A stretch of 34,070 nt of DNA. It comes from Trichomonas gallinae (lineage: Eukaryota). Positions 18,193 to 28,335 of the stretch are shown here, piece after piece (the first letter of the stretch is position 1; each line of letters starts with the position of its first letter). The position numbers and the translations under genes were made by a program. The stretch covers positions 1-34,070 of the forward strand of contig MRSU01000921.1 in assembly GCA_008369845.1 (NCBI GenBank), in the 5' to 3' direction. A model generated the notes under the pieces. That model had not been told where the DNA came from. It ran no database searches and saw only the letters and a list, made by a program, of their open reading frames with translations.

Positions 18193-20799
18193 TTATTCAA
18201 CGTCTTCGAAGTCATCGTCGAAGTCGTCAATGTTGCCTGTTTCAGCCTTGTTGTAGATATTTTCGGCGACATCCGCATATATCTTGATGATTTCTTCGTC
18301 GAGCTTATCAAAGTTTGCACAGTTGTCGATTTTCTGGACGTCGACTTGATTAAACTGAAGCAGTCCTTCTTCTTCCTGTCCACGTGCGATAATTCCATTG
18401 ATTTCTTCGAGAGTTGGTTTAAATATCTCGACAGTTCTCTCAGGAACTGTTTCTAACTGCTCAGCTTCATTCGACAGGTTAAACATACCTGCTGTGATGA
18501 TTTGGTGGCCCATTCTGTACTTCCTGCGTGAGATCTTGAGAACGTGCTCTTCTCCTGTATCCGCAGTCATGAGGCGGATGATGACGACGCTGCGTTTCTG
18601 GCCGATTCTGTGGACTCTCGCTGATGCTTGCAGTTCGACGAATGGGTTGTAGTCTGAGTCGAAGAGGATGACAGTGTCGGCGCTCTGAAGGTTGAGACCG
18701 AAGGCAGATGATCTCGTGCTGAGAAGCATGCCGCGGATTGGTGAGCCTGGCTCAACGAAAGACTTGATAATTCTTTGACGAGCAGATGTTGATGTATTAC
18801 CATCAATTCTCTCCATGAGAATTCCCCTCCATTTGAAGAAGTTCTCCAGCAAGTCCATCATTGTTGTCCATTGAGAGTAAATAAGGAATCTGTGATCAGT
18901 TATAATTAATTTCTGAATGATGACATCAAGAAGTTGTAACTTTGGAGTACGCGAATATACATAAGGAACATCGATGGATTTGAGAGTTTCGCGCGGGAAG
19001 AACAAGATAGGAGAATTTGAAATTTTCTTCGAAATGTAAACTTGGTTGTTGTTATCGTAGCCTCTCTGCTTGGCGATCTGGATGAGAGACTTCTGCAAAT
19101 CTGATGGAAGACATTTGAGTGTAACTTCGTGCTTGCCTGGAATTTCAATTTGAACTTCATCTTGAGAACGACGAAGAGTGAATGGACGGATGACTTCGTG
19201 GAGGCGGCTAACAATTAGGTTGTGCTTGTCTTGGTCAACATCTTTGCTTTCAACTCTGTTGAAGAATAATTTGAATTTGTCGACGTTGCCGAAATAAGAC
19301 GGCCTGATCAATGATAAGATCGCACGGAGTTCTTCGAGCTTGTTCTGGTATGGAGTGGCTGTGACGAAAACTCTGAAATCAGCAAATATTGAATCTTCAA
19401 CTGCTTTGAAAATATTGGTGTTTGGATTCTTGAGCTTGTGAGCTTCATCAAAAACAGCTGTCCTCCATGTGATTTGTCCGAGTAAATCCTTATCTTGAGA
19501 AAAGATATCATAAGTTGTGATGAGAATATCAAAATCTGTGCGTGCAACGACTTCATTGAAGTAGTTATGACGAGCTTTGGCCTTCAAATGGTATAAAACG
19601 TATTTCGCGGATGGAAGATATTTCTCGAATTCTGTTTTCCATGTAACCATAACAGCGTTGGGGATAACAACCAAGTGAGGTCCATTAATGTGCTTTGTCT
19701 CTTTAAGATAAGCGTAAAAAGAAATAATTTGCAAAGTTTTGCCTAAACCAACTTCATCGGCCAAAAGTGCATTCATATGATTCTTATACATGTGTACAAG
19801 CCATGAAAGACCTTTAATCTGGTGTTCCTGCAATTCGACATCTTGAAGAATCGAAGGCTGCGTAACAATGCGAAGTGGATGGTCGAAAATTGGTGCTGGC
19901 CAGTACTTGCGGAAGTATTCGAAGTCGCTGTCGATTGAATCTTTGTCGAAAATTAATTCTTGATTTTCTCTGTCAACTTCTTCTTTAAGTGAGCGTTGTT
20001 CGAGGCTATGCTTGATTACTTGTTTGTTGTGGTATTTTGTACGCATTCCGTTGAAGAATTTGAAAGCATGTTGTGCTACTAAAACAGAAGCACTTTGGGA
20101 TATAATTGAAAGTACAACAGGAAGTGATACATTGAGGTCAATCTTACTGTTATCTTTGTCTCTGTTTCTGTAGATGTGTCTCGGTAAAACGGAAAATGGT
20201 GTTGCAGGAGTAAAATCTTTTCCTTTTGGCCAAAGGAAGTCGTTGTAGGAGATGCCACGAATGACATATCCTTTTTTGAGTTCCATTTGTGTTAAACTTG
20301 GAAGACGAACGATCTGCTTTAAGTCGTTTGCCTTTAGAATCTTTCCGGATGCGAAAATCTGGTATGAATTGTAGAAATTATCGCGAACATAGCGTTGTCT
20401 GGAAGAAAGCTGCAAGATATGACGTAGAAATTCGAATTTTTCCTTTTCTTCTTCTGAATATTTCTTTTCTTTCATTTTGTTTCTCATGTTTCTCAAAAAC
20501 TGTTGCATTTTCTTTTGTACGAAACTGTCTCTTTCTTGAGCAAGTAATGCCATAGGAATTGGATGACTTTCGAAATTGCTTAATTGGCATTGCATGTATT
20601 TGTGATGTGGCACATCGGGTGCTTTCTTCCAAAATGATAATGATGACGCTGTTACTGGAAAAGCAACGTTTTGATTATTTTCTGGCGGTTCCAAGTCCCA
20701 TGATTTAGCCAGATTGCGAGTGCTAGTGCCATGCGCAGTACCTAACTGTGCTGCAACAGTCATCTGCGCAATAAACTGCGCTTCTTGGCGTAAATCCAT
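18193..20799 (-). CDS. SNF2-family chromatin-remodelling ATPase (Snf2/Brahma-like)
   Basis: QPSIL...LQEHQIKGLSWL; Walker A LADEVGLGKT; GPHLVVIP; DEAH; TATPYQN; LHEVIRPFTLRR; HRFLIYSQWT; LLSTR...GLNLQSADTVILFDSDYNP; QASARVHRIGQ. Confidence 0.93.
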   Translation of the reverse strand: MDLRQEAQFIAQMTVAAQLGTAHGTSTRNLAKSWDLEPPENNQNVAFPVTASSLSFWKKAPDVPHHKYMQCQLSNFESHPIPMALLAQERDSFVQKKMQQFLRNMRNKMKEKKYSEEEKEKFEFLRHILQLSSRQRYVRDNFYNSYQIFASGKILKANDLKQIVRLPSLTQMELKKGYVIRGISYNDFLWPKGKDFTPATPFSVLPRHIYRNRDKDNSKIDLNVSLPVVLSIISQSASVLVAQHAFKFFNGMRTKYHNKQVIKHSLEQRSLKEEVDRENQELIFDKDSIDSDFEYFRKYWPAPIFDHPLRIVTQPSILQDVELQEHQIKGLSWLVHMYKNHMNALLADEVGLGKTLQIISFYAYLKETKHINGPHLVVIPNAVMVTWKTEFEKYLPSAKYVLYHLKAKARHNYFNEVVARTDFDILITTYDIFSQDKDLLGQITWRTAVFDEAHKLKNPNTNIFKAVEDSIFADFRVFVTATPYQNKLEELRAILSLIRPSYFGNVDKFKLFFNRVESKDVDQDKHNLIVSRLHEVIRPFTLRRSQDEVQIEIPGKHEVTLKCLPSDLQKSLIQIAKQRGYDNNNQVYISKKISNSPILFFPRETLKSIDVPYVYSRTPKLQLLDVIIQKLIITDHRFLIYSQWTTMMDLLENFFKWRGILMERIDGNTSTSARQRIIKSFVEPGSPIRGMLLSTRSSAFGLNLQSADTVILFDSDYNPFVELQASARVHRIGQKRSVVIIRLMTADTGEEHVLKISRRKYRMGHQIITAGMFNLSNEAEQLETVPERTVEIFKPTLEEINGIIARGQEEEGLLQFNQVDVQKIDNCANFDKLDEEIIKIYADVAENIYNKAETGNIDDFDDDFEDVE

Positions 20800-20817
20800 A
20801 CTACTCTAACTTTTTTG

Positions 20818-20893
20818 AAAAGTGACATGATGCTAAAATTAAGTAAAAGTGACATGATGCTGAAAGTGAATAAAAGTGACAATTAAAGTGTAC
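20818..20893. promoter_or_regulatory. Bidirectional promoter with a 27-bp tandem repeat carrying three AAAAGTGAC motifs
   Basis: AAAAGTGACATGATGCT at 20818 and 20845, AAAAGTGACAAT at 20872 (period 27), within the 110-bp gap between divergent ATGs at 20799 and 20910. Confidence 0.7.
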
Positions 20894-20909
20894 GTTTAAA
20901 AATTTTAGA

Positions 20910-23900
20910 ATGACTCTTTCGGACGCTGATTTTTTCAGGAAACTCGGGAATATTCTTGATGATTCGCCGCCTGAAGCTATAATAAAAGATCCAGAGATAC
21001 TACAAAAAGTTCAAGACTGCTTATTAACAATGGAACCATTGGAAAATATGCAATCATTACAAATTTTACGAGCTTGGTGTAGAAAATTATGCGTAAGAGT
21101 AAATCTTGAAAAGGATAATAGGATTAATCATCAAAATTCAACAGATCTTTCAATTCCATTCAAAAATCTTGTCGAAAGATTTACAAAAACATATGCGAAT
21201 CTCACAATATCATTGTTTAGAAAGCCAGCCTTATTGCCTTTAGCTGTTTGTGCTTGCAGGGAATTATTATCAATTACAAAAACATCTCCTAGCGATGATA
21301 TAATAGAATACTCGTTAAATAATCTTACAAATAAAGACGTCAGACTGCAATTACTTGGAATTCTTGCAAATTCAAAGACAACTGTAGAAGATTTGCCTGT
21401 TTACGATGCAGAAATAGCTGTTAGATACCCATTACTGCATAATGAACTTGTAAATGTATCTCCAGATAATGTTAAAGACAATATCAAGACAATTAAAATG
21501 ATATACAATCAAATTCAAAAGATTAACATACAAGAATGCAGACCAGAAAGAGATTTGCTTGAGTTCTGTAATTTTGACTCATTGATAGGAAAAATAAGCA
21601 ATGAAATCATTACTTCTCATCCATCGAAAATCGTTAGAAAGAAATTCTACAGAATAATTGATCAAAAGGATATAAAGGTTTTATCATTCGTCAACTCACT
21701 CCTCACTTGCAATATTTTCGATCCAATGCTCAAAGAAACTGCAATTCCATATGTAGTATCGCATATCGACGAAATATTATCTAAAACATTAACACAAGCA
21801 CAACTTATTTCATTGCAAATGATTCCGATTGGAGAAGGCAGCTCAATTTATTCGGCAATCGAAGAATACTTGTCTAAGACTGATAAACTCACATCAATAA
21901 ATGCTTGGTGCAGATTTTTGTTCCATAAAAACGAATGGATTCGCGAACAAGCAAAAATAAATCTCGAAAAAATCCTCGGCTTCGAAGTCAAAATCAAAGG
22001 CGAGATTTTCATCCCTGATACACTCGCAAATGATTACACGACTAGACTAAAGCTCTCTGGTAAGCCAAATGATCCAGCAATGATTTCAAATTTCGTTGAC
22101 ACGATTTTAAATAAAGATCAGCAGGAATTCATTAAAGCAACTGCGGCGAAAAGATTAATCGATATGTACATGAATCCATTCAATCAGATGCAGCAATACA
22201 CACGAAAACTCTACAATTTACCATTCAGCATGTTTGCTACGCTTCTTCATGCTGTTTCAATTCGCGATCCAACCTTTATTGTTGACACAGAAGAAAGAAT
22301 GATTGATTTGCTCTCATGTATAAATAGCGAAACAATAAATGACTTAATTCCAATTCTTGGACGCTCAATATTCGCACCATATGTTAAAGTAGAGTCTGGT
22401 GGTGCTACTTTGTTGAGGTTGCCCAGATATTCTGAAGAAATCTTTGCAGTTCCTTCTTCTTGCGGTTTTTATGACAGAATTTTATATAACCCAACAAATG
22501 AAGTTCCATTCTCAGATATTTTGCATGAGTGGTGCAACTACAAACCAGATCGTGATAAACCAATTACAGAAGATGCTGATTTAAGACTACTATCAAGAAA
22601 TGCAACATCTAATCAAAATTTCGCATCAGACATAATCGAGCAAGTAAATGAAAATCCAGGAATTGTCGAAAACGTTCTTTGCGGACTTGGTCCTCTTCCC
22701 AATGTCATGCATTTCTTCATCATTACTGTTCTATCATGTAGATTGAGTGCTCCTGCTATATGCGATTTCTGTTCAAAGCACATCAAAGATTCTCCAGAAA
22801 TCGGCTTGAAACTTGCTGAGGCATTGACAGAATTTGGCGGAGATGTTAATATTCCTGATGAAATTAATGATTATATTATGAATGAAGAGATCAGAAGAAG
22901 TGCTTTAGCCTTCATAACAGCAAAACTGAAGAGTAAGCAAGCGATTAAAAAAGTTGATATAGAAGTACTTAAGAAACTATTAGATAATCCTCTCCCGACA
23001 AATGTCCTGCGTCAAGTTTTAGCAATAATATCATCATTCAACGTCAGGCTTCCAAATATGAATCTTTTCTTCGGTCAGAAAGATCCTGTAATAAGAAGTC
23101 TCGTTTTTCACTTAGCAGAAGTCAACGAAGAATCAGCCAATGAAGCTGTTAACATTGCATTCAACGACAATGAAGCCGTGATAACAAGAACAGTTTGCAT
23201 CGAGTTATTGTCAGAATATTTCATGTCTCATGAGATAATGCGAAACAAACATTTCATTGATTTATTCTATCATCAAAAAGGAGAGACAGCCTTCACATTT
23301 GCTTTAATGAAATTACTGTGTATTCCTGATATTAGAGATCAAATTGAAATATATGAAAGTTTTGTTCTCCAATTTTTGACAACAAAATCATCCGAAAGAT
23401 TCGCAAAGATTGCATTATATTCACTTCAATCATACGAATTTTCAAATCAAGATATTGTTACAGCACTTGGAAACTTAATTAATGATGATAGATATACAAA
23501 CCTTGTCTTGCATTTATTAACGACATTATCAAGTGAAACATTATCTAACTTTACTTCTGAGATTATATTCTACATCACCGATGCTTTAGAACAGTTTGAT
23601 GTTGAGCTAGCCCTTGTTTCAGTTAATAAATTAATCAATGCAGGTGTGAAATTCCCAGACCAGTCTATGCTTCATGTTTTGTCTTTGTACAAATCAATTG
23701 TTGAGAGAAAAGAACACTCAGAAACTCTCAGAGCTGTCATGAGCCAGATTTTCCATTTTTCGATTAGCGCGAGAAATATTTCATTGAAGAATGGCTTCCT
23801 GCAGATGGCACTGGTTGAAATGCTTTATGCACCAACAGAACACTTCTACTCTATTGTTAGGATGGTTTCTGTTTTCATTTATAACTACAAGAAAGGACAA

Positions 23901-24524
23901 AACTGGATCCTTAAAATCTGGGAATTGAAAACATTGCATTCTCTTTTCACTATTAATCCTACGATTCTCCACTTCTTTTTATGCTACGCCAAGCAAAATG
24001 AGAACACGCAGCAATCATTTTCGCAGGTATATAACAATGCAACATTGCTGGATACAATTTTAGAATCAATAGAAACAGCGAAAAGAGCTTCAAATATATA
24101 CTTGCTTCTCGAACTTTTCTCCAACATTCTTAATGGTAAAAGTGTGAGAAACAGACTATATATAAACCAGCGCTTGATTCCTCACTATGTTCAGCTTGTT
24201 CAGAAATACGCGTTGGAAAAGAAAGTCGGGCCTTTGGAAGGATGGCTTCGCGTTTTCATTATGCTGACACTTCATCCTGATGGAATAGAAAAATTGTACG
24301 AATTCACAAGAGTACCTGAGCTATTGCTGTTCTTCTTCAAGAGTTGTGCGGAAATCAGAAACAATAGAATCTTCTTGACATTCATGAGAAATCTGATTAA
24401 TGATAAAAAACACTGGAATTCTGTGAAAGACTCAATCATCTCTGAGTGTGAAGACAATAATGAAACAGAGCTCATAAAGATATTCAAAAACCTTGTCATT
24501 GCTGCAAAAAAGAAAGAAAATTAG
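20910..24524 (+). CDS. Large hypothetical alpha-solenoid (ARM/HEAT-like) protein
   Basis: 1204-aa uninterrupted ORF, Leu/Ile-rich amphipathic helices, HEAT-like turns (HKNEWIREQA, QKDPVIRSLV, NEEIRRSALA); no catalytic motif recognised. Confidence 0.75.
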   Translation: MTLSDADFFRKLGNILDDSPPEAIIKDPEILQKVQDCLLTMEPLENMQSLQILRAWCRKLCVRVNLEKDNRINHQNSTDLSIPFKNLVERFTKTYANLTISLFRKPALLPLAVCACRELLSITKTSPSDDIIEYSLNNLTNKDVRLQLLGILANSKTTVEDLPVYDAEIAVRYPLLHNELVNVSPDNVKDNIKTIKMIYNQIQKINIQECRPERDLLEFCNFDSLIGKISNEIITSHPSKIVRKKFYRIIDQKDIKVLSFVNSLLTCNIFDPMLKETAIPYVVSHIDEILSKTLTQAQLISLQMIPIGEGSSIYSAIEEYLSKTDKLTSINAWCRFLFHKNEWIREQAKINLEKILGFEVKIKGEIFIPDTLANDYTTRLKLSGKPNDPAMISNFVDTILNKDQQEFIKATAAKRLIDMYMNPFNQMQQYTRKLYNLPFSMFATLLHAVSIRDPTFIVDTEERMIDLLSCINSETINDLIPILGRSIFAPYVKVESGGATLLRLPRYSEEIFAVPSSCGFYDRILYNPTNEVPFSDILHEWCNYKPDRDKPITEDADLRLLSRNATSNQNFASDIIEQVNENPGIVENVLCGLGPLPNVMHFFIITVLSCRLSAPAICDFCSKHIKDSPEIGLKLAEALTEFGGDVNIPDEINDYIMNEEIRRSALAFITAKLKSKQAIKKVDIEVLKKLLDNPLPTNVLRQVLAIISSFNVRLPNMNLFFGQKDPVIRSLVFHLAEVNEESANEAVNIAFNDNEAVITRTVCIELLSEYFMSHEIMRNKHFIDLFYHQKGETAFTFALMKLLCIPDIRDQIEIYESFVLQFLTTKSSERFAKIALYSLQSYEFSNQDIVTALGNLINDDRYTNLVLHLLTTLSSETLSNFTSEIIFYITDALEQFDVELALVSVNKLINAGVKFPDQSMLHVLSLYKSIVERKEHSETLRAVMSQIFHFSISARNISLKNGFLQMALVEMLYAPTEHFYSIVRMVSVFIYNYKKGQNWILKIWELKTLHSLFTINPTILHFFLCYAKQNENTQQSFSQVYNNATLLDTILESIETAKRASNIYLLLELFSNILNGKSVRNRLYINQRLIPHYVQLVQKYALEKKVGPLEGWLRVFIMLTLHPDGIEKLYEFTRVPELLLFFFKSCAEIRNNRIFLTFMRNLINDKKHWNSVKDSIISECEDNNETELIKIFKNLVIAAKKKEN

Positions 24525-24900
24525 TTAATCTATAGTTTATATATGTATTTGTTGTAAAAATTTAAATTGTTTTATTCTTTATTAATGATAACAATCATTC
24601 TCTCTAATTTTAGCTTTTTTCTCGAAAATTCATCATGCATTCAAATATGGGAACTGAGCACTTGTCGAATTCTTGGTGTGTATGCACTGATATATCATAT
24701 GATCCATCTTATGATCGAATATGACGTTACAAATTAAAAACTTTGATTGAAGAAGTTATTAGTTGCTACACTCGTTTTATATCACTAAATTTAAATGTTA
24801 TGCAGCATGTTTTGTAACTATAAACTGTAATTTATCTGATATCAAAAATAAATATGATTGTACTATTTATGATTTAAAAAACAATTAAAAACATTAATAA

Positions 24901-27900
24901 TTATTCCTTCTGTTGTGCTTCAACAGCCTGTTGCCATTTCTTAATATTTTGGAACAAAGATTTCTGGAGTCCTTCAAGACCCCTCCATTTAGCGACAGCG
25001 ATTTCCATCAGAGGAAGCATTACATCCCTTGCCAAAGATAACTGCGACTCTTCTACAGTCTTAGCGACAAGTTCTTGGAAAGCTTTATCCGGTGCAATAC
25101 CATATACAACTTTTTCTTCCTGCAAAATCTGCTGCAACTCTTGTTTTCTGAGTTCTCCGTGCTTCATTGCCAGATCGTATGGCCTGAAGACGCTTCCACT
25201 GTTTGCGATCTTCAATATTAATCTCATCTGGTTCAACTTGGAGTGGTCACCAGACTTCCACAACTGAATGAAGTCGCTTTCTTTGTATATACCGCTCGAC
25301 AAAATCAGCTGAGTGAAAATGTTCCAGAACTTGGCTCTGTGGTCATCAGGCAGTGCATCCAATATTGTGACTGACTTGTTTGTCAGTAATTGAATGGCAG
25401 CGTCAGCTTGCGCTGTTTCTGCTGGTGGCTGATTCTTGAACAAAATTTCAAGTGGCAATTTAGTCCTCGACAAAAGGCCACCGTGCTCACCTTTGTGATT
25501 CGTGTTGTGGAGAAGCGCAGCCATCAAAAGAGCGAACAGCTCGATTGGGTCTAATGTCTTGTTGATCTCTGTTAACTTAAGAATAACATAAACGGCTTGA
25601 AGTGTGTCGAGAGATTGATCAGAGTTGTGGAAAGGAAGGTCTTTGCCCATTGTCTGGAAGAGCATCAAGAACTGGAAGAAAGTGATGAATTGGATAGAAA
25701 GCTGTTCCAAAAGATTGAAGCTGGTGAAGCAGAAGATCATGAAGCGCAGCTTGACGTTCATTGGGAGTCCTCTCATGTATGCGTTTGGATTTGTAAGTGT
25801 CTGCTCCTCTTCTTGAGATAACCTCATCTGCTGCAAGACGACACCAATTTGTTCTGCACTCTTAGAGAACAAATCGAAGACTGCATCTGTTGTTACTCCT
25901 TTGTCTTTGTTCTTGACTTTACTGATCGAATAACCGGCGAATGATGTCATGGCGCCAACAAGTCTTTCATCGTCTTTCGTGAAGACTAAGCCATCGTAGC
26001 CTGGAATTTTGTTAACGATCTGTATAATGCCCAAAATGTTCTTTTCCTCGTCCATGATCGGAGCAATCAAGAAAGACTTTGAGACGAAAGATGTTCGCGA
26101 ATCTTCAGTCGGATCATATCTGGAGTCTTTGGTGATATCTGGGATATTAAGTAACGACTTAGTTTTTACGACTTCTTTGATGAAAGCAATTTGCGCGTTT
26201 GTCTTCTCGTTCGTCTGGTGGATTATTCCTTCTTTAGTATCGTCCATAAGGAAGACGGTGCATCTCTCAGCGTTGATGAGTTCAATCGCTGACTCTGAGA
26301 TGTGCTCGAGGATCAAAGGCAAGTATTTCTCTCTTGACATAGACATGGCGAGATTAAGAAGGCCTTCGACTCTGTTCTTCATAGTGTTCGTGTCGTCGAA
26401 AAGGTTGGCGTTAGAAAGTGCGATGCCGCAGAAAACATTGAACGCTTTCATCAAGTCTACATCACCTGGAGTGAATTGCATTGTTTCGCCTGTTTTGTTG
26501 ATCATCTGCGTGACACCGATAACTTGCTCAGCTCTTCCAATGATTGGCACGCAAAGAATTGATTTAGTTCTATAACCAGTAGAAAGATCGACATCCTTGT
26601 TGAATCTCGGGTCTTCGTACGCATCAGGGATATTCAATAGCTGACCAGTAGTAGCGACGTGGCCTGCAATACCGTGCGAGATAGGCAAAACGATTGACCT
26701 GTTTGTTCCCGAAGCGACTTTTGACAGCAAATACTCTCTGTTTCTATCTGTTGTGAACAGTGAGCATCTGTCAGCGGAAACAAGTTTTCTGGACCTAAGC
26801 ATAATCATCTCGAAAAGCTGGTCCTTGTTGATGACAGAAGAAAGAGATTCGGCTGTAGTAAGAAGCTCAATGTAGTGATCTTGTGCTGTTAAAACTCTCT
26901 TGAGGTTCAAGACATCGCTTCTATAGCGCTGGAAGTTTCCGAGTGTTCTCGCAATGACAGCTGAAAGTGACTCGAGAGAAATCGCGTCGTGTTCGGTGAA
27001 TGTCATTGAGCCTCTCTTACCTCTGGCGACTGCGACTCCGAATATTTCGTGGTTCGCTGAAGACTCGTTGATCATAGGTGCTGCAATAACTGGACGGCTT
27101 CTATATTCGTCATCTGTTATCTTCGAAAAGTGGGGATGCTGAGATGCGACAGGAATGTTCACCAAATTTCCGTCTTGTGCGACGAAAGCTGCAATTCCGC
27201 CTTGCGCGAGTGGAACTCTCTGCTTCTTGCCGACGCCGCTGCCGTAGAATTCTAGAGCGCCACGCTGCCAGTTCACGAAGAAAATTTGCGCGACTTCGCA
27301 GTTAAGGGCTGTTTTTAGAGATTGACAAGCGTTTGAAATCAAAGGCCTTTGTTTGAGCTCTGCGCCTGTGGCTGAAGAAAGGATTGCCAATGTGGATCTG
27401 ATCCTGGAGGCTGAAATCTTTAATGTGGCGATGAGTTGTGGGAGTTTTGATTCGGCGTGATCGATTAATAAAGTATCGAATGGTGTCCAAGCGCTTTTTG
27501 CTGTGATTGTTACAACAGCTATGAGCTGGTGAGTAAGTGGATCTTGAATTGGAGAGCAAACAACGCATGTTACGCTTTCAAAGAATTTGGAATCTGATTC
27601 TGCGTTGTACCATTCGGATTCTTTAGGATTTGAAAGTATACGACGCTTCTGGCTTTCAGCAGCACGTCCAACAATGCCTTTTCCTGGCTCAACTCTCCAT
27701 TTATGTGTCGGAGAGAACAAAACTTTCGCGATTGGCACATTGTACCAAATTATGACTTGTTTGTTAACAAAAGCTGTTGCTAGAGTGTTTTCAAGTGCTG
27801 GTATAGAGATTTCGACGTCCTGCATCTGTCCCATATTTGATGAAATTGAATCGATGATAGAAAGCCTTCTCATTTGTTCTGTAAGCTCAGTGAGAGCTGC

Positions 27901-28335
27901 ATTGAATAATTCTCCCGGCAATGATGTGAAATAACGATAAACATCATCCATCGAAAAATTTTCGCCCGAAACAAGACCTCTTACCAAATATGGGTCATCA
28001 TTCAGACGCGCGACAATTTCTTGAGGTGTAGGAGGTGCTTGTGAGATGCCCATTCTTGATCCTTGTGAGCCGGAAAACATAAATTTCGAAGATGAAAGAG
28101 GAAGAAGCCCACGAGTGCCTGTATCTTGTTCTATGCTGAAATCATCTTGTTTCTGTTCCATTTCCATTTTCCTAATGCGGTCGAAAATATTATCATCATC
28201 TCCTCCTCCGCCTCCGCCGCCAAATCCACCGAATCCCGGTGACCCGCCGGCGTTGGATGCAAATATATTTGGACGTGAGCCGAACATCGGGCTCAGAGCG
28301 CTCTTTCGAGGCGAATCTCCTGGGAAGTTCGACAT
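24901..28335 (-). CDS. Multi-GAF (about 4) plus class I cyclic-nucleotide phosphodiesterase-fold protein, probably catalytically impaired
   Basis: GAF motifs GIVGRAA...VVCSPI, GIAAFVA...VIAAPM, GIAGHVATTGQLLNIPDAYEDPRFN...SILCVPI...INK...FTPGD, LLNIPD...FLIAPI...VNK...FTKDDE. C-terminal PDE-like PFHN...AALLHNTNHKG...LKIANSG. Gly-rich N-terminus. Confidence 0.9.
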   Translation of the reverse strand: MSNFPGDSPRKSALSPMFGSRPNIFASNAGGSPGFGGFGGGGGGGDDDNIFDRIRKMEMEQKQDDFSIEQDTGTRGLLPLSSSKFMFSGSQGSRMGISQAPPTPQEIVARLNDDPYLVRGLVSGENFSMDDVYRYFTSLPGELFNAALTELTEQMRRLSIIDSISSNMGQMQDVEISIPALENTLATAFVNKQVIIWYNVPIAKVLFSPTHKWRVEPGKGIVGRAAESQKRRILSNPKESEWYNAESDSKFFESVTCVVCSPIQDPLTHQLIAVVTITAKSAWTPFDTLLIDHAESKLPQLIATLKISASRIRSTLAILSSATGAELKQRPLISNACQSLKTALNCEVAQIFFVNWQRGALEFYGSGVGKKQRVPLAQGGIAAFVAQDGNLVNIPVASQHPHFSKITDDEYRSRPVIAAPMINESSANHEIFGVAVARGKRGSMTFTEHDAISLESLSAVIARTLGNFQRYRSDVLNLKRVLTAQDHYIELLTTAESLSSVINKDQLFEMIMLRSRKLVSADRCSLFTTDRNREYLLSKVASGTNRSIVLPISHGIAGHVATTGQLLNIPDAYEDPRFNKDVDLSTGYRTKSILCVPIIGRAEQVIGVTQMINKTGETMQFTPGDVDLMKAFNVFCGIALSNANLFDDTNTMKNRVEGLLNLAMSMSREKYLPLILEHISESAIELINAERCTVFLMDDTKEGIIHQTNEKTNAQIAFIKEVVKTKSLLNIPDITKDSRYDPTEDSRTSFVSKSFLIAPIMDEEKNILGIIQIVNKIPGYDGLVFTKDDERLVGAMTSFAGYSISKVKNKDKGVTTDAVFDLFSKSAEQIGVVLQQMRLSQEEEQTLTNPNAYMRGLPMNVKLRFMIFCFTSFNLLEQLSIQFITFFQFLMLFQTMGKDLPFHNSDQSLDTLQAVYVILKLTEINKTLDPIELFALLMAALLHNTNHKGEHGGLLSRTKLPLEILFKNQPPAETAQADAAIQLLTNKSVTILDALPDDHRAKFWNIFTQLILSSGIYKESDFIQLWKSGDHSKLNQMRLILKIANSGSVFRPYDLAMKHGELRKQELQQILQEEKVVYGIAPDKAFQELVAKTVEESQLSLARDVMLPLMEIAVAKWRGLEGLQKSLFQNIKKWQQAVEAQQKE

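Noticed and set aside
20818..20893. 27-bp periodic repeat considered as a mini CRISPR array
   Set aside because: Eukaryotic context, 17-bp repeat with 10-bp similar spacers, no cas genes; better explained as promoter motif duplication.
28190..28255. GC-rich CCT/CCG triplet run
   Set aside because: Encodes the poly-Gly/Asp N-terminal linker of the GAF-PDE protein; not an independent repeat.
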